Origin: an uncultured bacterium
Lineage (GTDB): Bacteria > Babelota > Babeliae > Babelales > Vermiphilaceae
Reading direction: 5' to 3'
Length of the DNA: 64,000 nt
Assembly: GCA_963695335.1 (NCBI GenBank)
Contig: OY968764.1
Span: 128,001 to 192,000, forward strand
The notes below the pieces were generated by a model. The model was not told where the DNA came from and searched no databases. It saw only the letters and a list, made by a program, of their open reading frames with translations. A program made the translations under genes and the position numbers. Shown here piece after piece: positions 57,135 to 64,000 of the stretch (position 1 is its first letter; each line of letters opens with the position of its first letter).

Positions 57135-58283
57135 ATGAACAAATTATACATTCTTCTCACAGCTATGTTCTCTCTTTCTACGACATGCATGGAACCAGAA
57201 AATAATATACAAGAAGCAAAGCCTCTTTTATACGTCAACAGTTTTACGAACCCAGAAAAAAGCAATCTTAAAACAGAGCTGTATACAGCTGCAAAAAATC
57301 TTGATACAAATTTCAATAGTTCCCAGCTGACTACACATCGATCATTAATTAATTTCATTACTCTTATGAAAGCAGCCAAAGGATTCAAGATCAGTGAATA
57401 TGATATGGCACACTTTGTGTATTCAAAAAACAAGGAGTACAACCCAATACCTCTTTATTTCCACTGCTTAGAAAAATACAATAGCACAAGAGAACAGTTA
57501 CCTTTTACAACAGATGATCTTGATAATGAATTTTGTTACAACACCAAGCTTGCTCAAGTACTCGCAATCTCATATAAATATTACTCAATGCAAGATATAA
57601 AGGATACAATTAAAGCCTATCCTGCATACGGAAAATTAATCGATGCACTCAAAATAGCCGCTACTCAACGAAGTCTAATGTCTGACCGTGAAATATATTT
57701 TTTAAATAATGCACTCTGTGTTGGCTTACACTCAGGTGCAAAAACATTGTTACTAAATCATACACAATACAGTGAAGTTATAGATTTTGATGGTTTTTAT
57801 GCTGAAGCTTATAACTTACAATATCCTTATTATCAAAACATTTGTCACTTTATTGCCCTTGTTGAACGCTTAAAAACTATAGAAAAAGAACATGATGAAA
57901 AAACTATTTTCTCCAAAATTCTCAATTATCAACCAAAACCAAAAGAAATTTTCGGAATCAAATATGGAAGTTCTGTAGACGTAAATTTAGTTGATCCTTC
58001 TGCAAAAAATACAATAGCTTTGATATATCAGTGCATAGAAAAATACAATCATGAACGCGGCGATAAAGTAACTCCTGCAAGCTCACAATACCAAGCATTC
58101 CTTGCTTTCAAAAACCTTGATATTCTTTTACCAGATAATTTTGATAAAACGGTATTTGATGAAGAAAAATACGCATTTACAGAATTTCAAACGCTAACCG
58201 ATGCTATAACTACCATAAAAAATGCACATGGTGCATTAGAACAAAGCATTAAAAAGATATTACAACAACAAAAAAAATCATGA
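57135..58283 (+). CDS. Exported orphan family member 1
   Basis: ..TTC-MEP; LYTAA, LMKAAK..I.E, L.KY, IEKYN.RG.K.TP, LPD.FD..DE..YA..E shared with neighbours. Confidence 0.75.
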   Translation: MNKLYILLTAMFSLSTTCMEPENNIQEAKPLLYVNSFTNPEKSNLKTELYTAAKNLDTNFNSSQLTTHRSLINFITLMKAAKGFKISEYDMAHFVYSKNKEYNPIPLYFHCLEKYNSTREQLPFTTDDLDNEFCYNTKLAQVLAISYKYYSMQDIKDTIKAYPAYGKLIDALKIAATQRSLMSDREIYFLNNALCVGLHSGAKTLLLNHTQYSEVIDFDGFYAEAYNLQYPYYQNICHFIALVERLKTIEKEHDEKTIFSKILNYQPKPKEIFGIKYGSSVDVNLVDPSAKNTIALIYQCIEKYNHERGDKVTPASSQYQAFLAFKNLDILLPDNFDKTVFDEEKYAFTEFQTLTDAITTIKNAHGALEQSIKKILQQQKKS

Positions 58284-59689
58284 AAAAACAAGCATATATT
58301 TTACTCACAACCATGATAACGCTTTCCACAGCATGCATGGAAAAAGAACGCAAAAAAACAGAACCTTTAAATATTCAATCTTCATCGATAGTGCGCCCGG
58401 CAAATTCAAGTTTGTATTCTATGAGTACCTTAAATGGCCTTCTGCAACCACAGCCATTGCTCACCACTCATGTTACTCGCAGACAATTCAGTGATGTTGG
58501 CTTTGATTATGTTCCTATGTATGTGCCGAATAATACAAATGAAGCAAGCACTACAGATGATATTCCACTTACCCCTCTTTATAGACCAATATCACCAACG
58601 GAATATCTTGACTGCAGAACTAATACTCAAAAAACAGTTCCTTTTTTTCAAGAAAAACAAAACACTCAACATGCATATTTGGTAAACCGATTATATAATA
58701 GCGCACGTGATTTGGTTAATTTTAGAACTTTTCAGCATAATAATATGACCGATGATGACCGTATCTTCACCCAAAATCAAAAATGCGTTACCCTCGTTGA
58801 ACTCATGATTGCAGCTAAAAAAAAAGGTATCACTGAAGATTTTATGGGTAATCTTTCTTATACAAAATGGAACGATCCTACAATATCATTTATTTTTGGT
58901 TGTTTGAAAAAATATATGCTCACTGTTGCCAATACAGGAGAAAAATTACCTTTTAACAGTGAACAATTTTATACTCACGATAATCGTATTCAAACTCTTA
59001 AAGCTACAAATAAAGAACGTATTACTGTAGAACAAATAAAAACTTTATCCCCAAAATGCCCTGTATTTCATACAGATTTATGGAAATCAATCAACAATAT
59101 GGTTGAAAATGGATTGACATGGTGTGTTCCTTACGTATATGCCAGCACATATATTTTATCCAAAGAATATCCACAATATTCTCATATCACTGATATAGAT
59201 GAATGTCTTGATACATTCGAATTAATTTGGCGCTCAAAGGACTGCTATACTGAAAAAGTCTATAGAGCTCTTAATCTTATTGAACAGATCAAAAAAATAA
59301 CAGGTATTACTCAAGAAAAAAATCTTGGATATATTTATTTTCTTAACCCTGAAAAAAAAGAAGCTCTAAAAGAAAAAATTTTACGGTGGCCTTCAAAAAC
59401 AACATATGAGTACAACCAAAAATTTAAGGCACTTTTTTGTGTGTTAGTGGAAAAATACCACGAAAATCGTGGCAATAAAATAACCCCTAAGCCTCTACAG
59501 CACTACATTCATAATGCATTAGAACATATTGCTCTCCCTGATTCTTTTGATCTCAGTCTATTAGATGAAAATTATTATGCATTAAAAGAGCTGACTCAAT
59601 TGATAGTAGATACAACAATTCTGAGAAAAAAAAGTAAAGAAGAAGATATACAAAGCCTTATTGATCAACACTATATTTTTAATGAATAA
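58280..59689 (+). CDS. Exported orphan family member 2
   Basis: ..TAC-MEK; same family motifs; ATGA overlap with the previous gene. Confidence 0.75.
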   Translation: MKKQAYILLTTMITLSTACMEKERKKTEPLNIQSSSIVRPANSSLYSMSTLNGLLQPQPLLTTHVTRRQFSDVGFDYVPMYVPNNTNEASTTDDIPLTPLYRPISPTEYLDCRTNTQKTVPFFQEKQNTQHAYLVNRLYNSARDLVNFRTFQHNNMTDDDRIFTQNQKCVTLVELMIAAKKKGITEDFMGNLSYTKWNDPTISFIFGCLKKYMLTVANTGEKLPFNSEQFYTHDNRIQTLKATNKERITVEQIKTLSPKCPVFHTDLWKSINNMVENGLTWCVPYVYASTYILSKEYPQYSHITDIDECLDTFELIWRSKDCYTEKVYRALNLIEQIKKITGITQEKNLGYIYFLNPEKKEALKEKILRWPSKTTYEYNQKFKALFCVLVEKYHENRGNKITPKPLQHYIHNALEHIALPDSFDLSLLDENYYALKELTQLIVDTTILRKKSKEEDIQSLIDQHYIFNE

Positions 59690-59697
59690 TAACAGTC

Positions 59698-61077
59698 ATG
59701 AAAAAACAGACATATATTATACTCACAACCGTGATAACACTTTCCACAACATGCATGGAAAAGGAACGTAAAAAATCAGAACCTTTAAATATTCAATCTT
59801 CATTATCTATAGTGCGTCCTGCAAATTCAAACTTGTATTCTATAAATACTTTAAATGGTCTTCTGCAACCACAGCCATTGCTAACCACTCATGTTACTCG
59901 CAGACAATTCAGTGATGTTGGCTTTGATTATGTTCCTGTGTATGTGCCAATTAATACAAATGAAGCAAGTTCCACACATGATATTGAACTCACTCCTCTT
60001 TATAAACCAGTATCATCAACGGAATATTTTGATTACTCAACAAATACAACAAAAACATCTCCTCAACCCAGCAACACCTATTTGATAGAGAGATTACATA
60101 ACGCGGCACGTGATTTTCTTGATTACCTAGATGCTACTAACGGTTTATCTAAAAAATTAAATTCTATAAAAGATTTTGCTCAATCAAAAAACTATCAAAA
60201 ACCAGATGATGCTACTCGCAATAACAAACTAATTACGCTCATTAAAATTATGAATACAGCAAAGCATCATGGCATAACTGAAGATTTTATGGGTAACTTT
60301 TCTTATGCAAAATATGAAAAACTATCTAATCCATATGCTGTTGATGCATTTACACCCTTTCTTTTTAGTTATTTAAAAAACTATATGCTCACCATCGATC
60401 ATTCAGGAGAAAAATTAGCTTTAAACACTGAGACCTTATCTTCACCTCATCCTGCATATGATAATTTAATAACAAACATCATAGATATATTTGCAGGCAA
60501 TAATTATCTAATTATTCCTTACTTACATTCAAGTAAGCAAATATTATCTAAAAAACATGAACAATATACCCATATTACCGATATACATACATGTTTTGAA
60601 ATACTAACAGATCTGTTCTCTCCAAGCAGGCTTATGGTAGACAGTCTATACAACTCTCTCACCCTTATTGAACATATAAAAAAGTTAAAAAATATTAAAA
60701 CAGAAAAAGAGTTTGGCTATATTATTCTTACATTAGAAAAACAACAATCTCTCGGACAAAAAATTTTCAAACGACCACAATCTCATTATTCTATATATGA
60801 TAAAAATTACATCGCTATGTTATGCATATACATAGAGGAATATCAGCAAAAACGTACTTATAAAACAACACCTACTCCTATACAATTAATTATCTGGGGT
60901 TTCCAAAAAGAGAATATTCCACTGCCAGATTCTTTTGATATACATCTATTAGATGAAAAACAATATGCATTACAAGAACTATCCCAACTATTAGAAAATA
61001 CAAAAAAATTAAAAAAAACTAATGATTCAGATATGCAAGAGCTTGTTGATAAACATTATATTTTTAATGAACAATAA
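59698..61077 (+). CDS. Exported orphan family member 3
   Basis: N-terminal ~110 aa highly similar to member 2; same C-terminal motifs. Confidence 0.75.
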   Translation: MKKQTYIILTTVITLSTTCMEKERKKSEPLNIQSSLSIVRPANSNLYSINTLNGLLQPQPLLTTHVTRRQFSDVGFDYVPVYVPINTNEASSTHDIELTPLYKPVSSTEYFDYSTNTTKTSPQPSNTYLIERLHNAARDFLDYLDATNGLSKKLNSIKDFAQSKNYQKPDDATRNNKLITLIKIMNTAKHHGITEDFMGNFSYAKYEKLSNPYAVDAFTPFLFSYLKNYMLTIDHSGEKLALNTETLSSPHPAYDNLITNIIDIFAGNNYLIIPYLHSSKQILSKKHEQYTHITDIHTCFEILTDLFSPSRLMVDSLYNSLTLIEHIKKLKNIKTEKEFGYIILTLEKQQSLGQKIFKRPQSHYSIYDKNYIAMLCIYIEEYQQKRTYKTTPTPIQLIIWGFQKENIPLPDSFDIHLLDEKQYALQELSQLLENTKKLKKTNDSDMQELVDKHYIFNEQ

Positions 61078-61109
61078 AAAAAGGAATAGCGCAAAACTAC
61101 TCCTTTTTT
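61076..61109. terminator. Bidirectional terminator
   Basis: AAAAAAAGGAATAG...CTACTCCTTTTTT between convergent genes. Confidence 0.65.
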
Positions 61110-61125
61110 ACTCGCAAACTTATTC

Positions 61126-61332
61126 TTATTTTCTATGAATAAGGTGCATTACTTTTTTATGTATACCAAGTTTCATATATCCAAAAAGCATCAAGCATAC
61201 AGCTATTGCAATAACAACAACATTAATACCTTTTTGAACAAGACCGAGCGCATATAAAACCATCACTATACCAAGCGCAACGCATAGTAATCCTTGAGCT
61301 TTTTCTGGTAATCTTTGAAAAAAATTCATCAT
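61126..61332 (-). CDS. Small two-TM membrane protein
   Basis: GGAAGGG RBS, 68 aa, two hydrophobic helices; TTGACT-18-TATGGT upstream. Confidence 0.7.
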   Translation of the reverse strand: MMNFFQRLPEKAQGLLCVALGIVMVLYALGLVQKGINVVVIAIAVCLMLFGYMKLGIHKKVMHLIHRK

Positions 61333-61401
61333 AAACCCTTCCTTTTTAGAATTTCAATTAATTTCAACCATATATTTTTGTGGGGAGGAGAGTCAAGGTT
61401 T

Positions 61402-62083
61402 GGGGGGGATATGATGAATGTAAGAAAAGATTAAGTCCCCAACTTGGACCGTTGGGGACCCTAAGAAACCTTCGTTTTACTACGGTTGATTACGTGGGGT
61501 GTTCTTGTAAACACCCCACACCCCCGTACACAAATGTTCCCTTTGATCCCTTAGATCATTCCTGCTTCAGACCACAGTCTATTTCATAAGAATTCATAGC
61601 CTAAGTCATCAGACGGAATGTGTAGGAAGTTATTTAAATTTGCGCTCAAAGATACCCTTCAACATGTTCAGGGCGAGCGCAGCAAAAACAACACAATAAA
61701 TTTTCTTCCGTTCGCATTGAGCTCGTCGAAATGAGCGAACGGTTATTTTGTAAATACATGTGTCAAGTTAGAGCGAAGCTCTGGCGCTTCTGAGCGACAT
61801 GGGCTTCCCGATAACACAGCTGAGCGAAGCGAAGTTTGTTAGCGGCGTAAGAGCGTTTAACTTGATAGGGATCCAAGGGAACCATTGGTGTGCAGTGCAG
61901 CCTCCTGCGCCAAGGCTTCGAAGGCCATGGGAGGGTCTTTTCAGGGGTCCCCGACTGTAGCAAGGCGAAAGTTGGGGTTAAGTCACAAGACCCTTTGCAA
62001 AAATTCAACCGTAACGGAGTGAAGGTTCAGGTCTCCGGCGTTAAGCTGGAGATTAATCTTTTCTTAATTTTCTTTTCCCCCCC
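61402..62083 (+). other. Large multi-branched palindromic non-coding island (candidate structured RNA or MITE/REPIN-like element)
   Basis: Three long-range stems (61421-61434/62053-62066, 61467-61489/62005-62027, 61526-61551/61867-61893) separated by local hairpins; contains family A, B and C modules. Confidence 0.65.
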
Positions 62084-62183
62084 CTCTTTAACACCATCAA
62101 CATAGACAATCAAACCAATCAATGTTATAAAATTTACAGCAATCTAAACCACAATTACATCTTACAAAAAAAAGGGAATTATC

Positions 62184-63587
62184 ATGAAAAAACTATACCT
62201 CTCTTTACTCCTCGCAACCACCATCATCTCTGTATCATGCATGGAAAAAGAAAAACCCAGAAGACGCACAACAAATTATGAAGTTCAATTCCCTTCCGTA
62301 AACCCCAGCACCATTCTACCTGTACATGTGTTGAGCACAACACCAACCATACCCATATGCGAAGCAAATCAACCTGGCTGGCAACAGTTAGATCATATTG
62401 CCAATATGACATACAAAAACAATCAATCCCAGATTCAACAATCTTCTATAACAGATGAATTTGAACTTAGACCTATCTATAAACCAGCAAATACTATTGT
62501 TACACAAAAAGAACAAAAACCACTTTTGCACACCAATTCTCTGCAACCTGACGAAGCTGTAATGCAAGACTTGTATAAGAGAGCCGCTAGTATTGTCGCA
62601 GCAGAATATGATGGAAGCCGGTATGCTCCATGGGCTATAAACGATGCACTTGTTACTTTAATTACAGCTATGATCAGTGCAAAAAATAACGGCATATCTG
62701 AAGAGATTATAGGAGAATTTGCATATGAACAAAAAAAAGAATGGCATAGCTACAGGCATGAACATCGGAGCTCCTGCTATCCAGATTCCATAAATATAGC
62801 ACCATTAGTACCTATTACATTTATACTTTTAAAAAAATATAATACAACCATACATCAAACAAATGAACAAATACCGCTGCACTTCGACACTTCTACTCAT
62901 ACAAACCAAAACAATGCTTTTTTAAATACAACAAATGTAGGCGATGAAATCATACAATATCCAGCTTTTTTTCAGCTCCACTATACTTTACGACGCGCTA
63001 TAAAAGAAATTGCATTTGCCAAAATAAAAACTTTTATAACATATGTATACGAAAATAATGATATATCACAAGAAGGTTATTCAGATGGTTCTTACAAAAA
63101 TTTAAACAGTGAATTTTACGCAACCGCTTATAATTATTTATTCAGTGAAAATTCTTTAGACAATCTTTATTCTCTTTTACAAATAATTGATAAAGCAAAA
63201 GAATTGCGTGAGATAAACAATGAAAACGATCTTATTGCCTGCATCAACCCTGAAAATAAACCTGTAAAGGGACAAATTTTCGGCTGGTTTGCCTCGACTC
63301 ACTCTGATGATAATGTCAAACATCGAATCACTCTTCTCTGTAAAGAAATAGAAAAATACAACAAAGCACGAGACTATCAATTAACTCCTACCATACCTCA
63401 ATACCAAACTTACTATGTAAAAAGATTTATTAATGTACCTTTACCAGGAAACACTCACAACAGCGCTCATCTTGATGACACTTTTTATGCCTTTGAAGAA
63501 TTTGAACAATTACGCAAAGCTACTCAAAAATTAATAAAACTAACTATAGAACAGGTAAATGAGCAAATTAAAGACCTAAACAAATAA
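62184..63587 (+). CDS. Exported orphan family member 4
   Basis: ..VSC-MEK; ELRPIYKP, KPLLHTNS, LYKRA, MISAKNNGISE, IEKYN, LDDTFYAFEE. Confidence 0.75.
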   Translation: MKKLYLSLLLATTIISVSCMEKEKPRRRTTNYEVQFPSVNPSTILPVHVLSTTPTIPICEANQPGWQQLDHIANMTYKNNQSQIQQSSITDEFELRPIYKPANTIVTQKEQKPLLHTNSLQPDEAVMQDLYKRAASIVAAEYDGSRYAPWAINDALVTLITAMISAKNNGISEEIIGEFAYEQKKEWHSYRHEHRSSCYPDSINIAPLVPITFILLKKYNTTIHQTNEQIPLHFDTSTHTNQNNAFLNTTNVGDEIIQYPAFFQLHYTLRRAIKEIAFAKIKTFITYVYENNDISQEGYSDGSYKNLNSEFYATAYNYLFSENSLDNLYSLLQIIDKAKELREINNENDLIACINPENKPVKGQIFGWFASTHSDDNVKHRITLLCKEIEKYNKARDYQLTPTIPQYQTYYVKRFINVPLPGNTHNSAHLDDTFYAFEEFEQLRKATQKLIKLTIEQVNEQIKDLNK

Positions 63588-63604
63588 TTACCCTAAAAAA
63601 ACTC

Positions 63605-64000
63605 ATGAAAAATATATATATCTTTTTATTTCTTACAACTAAGGTTACTTTTATATCATGCATGGAACAAGAAAAACCCAAAAGACGTACGAGCTATGAA
63701 GTTCAATTCCCTTCTGTAAACCCCAGCACCATATTGCCTGTGCATACTCTCAGCATGTATCCAGATGTGTTTTATACTACACCAATGCACACGAACAATG
63801 CCGCACAAACACAAACACAAAACATACCTACGTGCGAAGCAAATCAACCAGGTTGGCAACAATTAAACAAAATCATGAATACAAGGTATCAATCTGATCA
63901 ACCTGATTGCGTGCAGGAAGTTGAGCTAAAACCCATCTATCGCCCCGCATCAACAAAAAAAACTATTGATGCTCAAGAAAAAAAGCCATTTTTACCCTTA
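63605..64000 (+). CDS. Exported orphan family member 5, runs off the window (not in the ORF track)
   Basis: Manual translation MKNIYIFLFLTTKVTFISC-MEQEKPKRRTSYEVQFPSVNPSTILPVH closely matches the N-terminus of 62184..63587. Confidence 0.75.
   Translation, partial: MKNIYIFLFLTTKVTFISCMEQEKPKRRTSYEVQFPSVNPSTILPVHTLSMYPDVFYTTPMHTNNAAQTQTQNIPTCEANQPGWQQLNKIMNTRYQSDQPDCVQEVELKPIYRPASTKKTIDAQEKKPFLPL

Noticed and set aside
61383..61398. GGAGGAGAGTC resembling the RNase P GAGGAAAGTC motif
   Set aside because: No matching 3' conserved RNase P motif found; better explained as the minus-strand TTGACT -35 region of the small TM gene.
61402..62083. tmRNA, 6S, SRP or tRNA identity for the island
   Set aside because: No tRNA-like acceptor/T-arm or other diagnostic motif visible by eye; needs cmscan.
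61380..62105. Short ORFs 61380..61589, 61763..62008 and 61890..62105
   Set aside because: They lie wholly in the palindromic island, have non-typical composition and translate repeat modules; probably not genes.
57135..64000. Diversity-generating retroelement explanation for the paralog array
   Set aside because: No reverse transcriptase in the window and differences between copies are not adenine-specific.

Overview
AT-rich bacterial chromosome segment. Gene content and style point to an intracellular symbiont or parasite of protists, most likely Candidatus Dependentiae (TM6/Babelota); this is an inference from the many short-signal-peptide orphans, an ankyrin protein, a fused double Ddl and a T2SS pseudopilin operon. 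Housekeeping and transport genes: gspFGHIJK-like plus MCE/MlaD, priA, orn, ddl-ddl fusion, two P-type ATPases, split LigD PE/Pol, VKOR, transaldolase, GT4, uvrB, M3 peptidase, PafA-like phosphatase, recO-like, large MscS. Mobile and TA content: an IS481-family element (5-bp DR), an IS1202/ISNCY-type element (17-bp DR), a MazEF-like pair, an orphan MNT and a degenerate Fic. Both IS lie immediately upstream of a TTGACA -35 box. Three things stand out. (1) At least three families of short palindromic repeats nest inside one another and sit in-frame in ddl, gspJ/gspK, LigD-Pol and the glycosyltransferase. (2) A ~680-nt two-fold-symmetric, multi-branched non-coding island (61402-62083) is built from these modules, with G-U bias on the + strand. 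(3) A set of eukaryote-like candidate effectors is present: an HDAC11-like pseudoenzyme array, an ATAD3-like AAA+ protein, a PLD-fold protein with an NLS-like tail, two small proteins ending in -AKL (PTS1), SNARE-topology proteins and an Ank/F-box-like protein. Most of the exported proteins share a signal peptide followed by Met-Glu/Asp. All family assignments are by eye; no searches were run.
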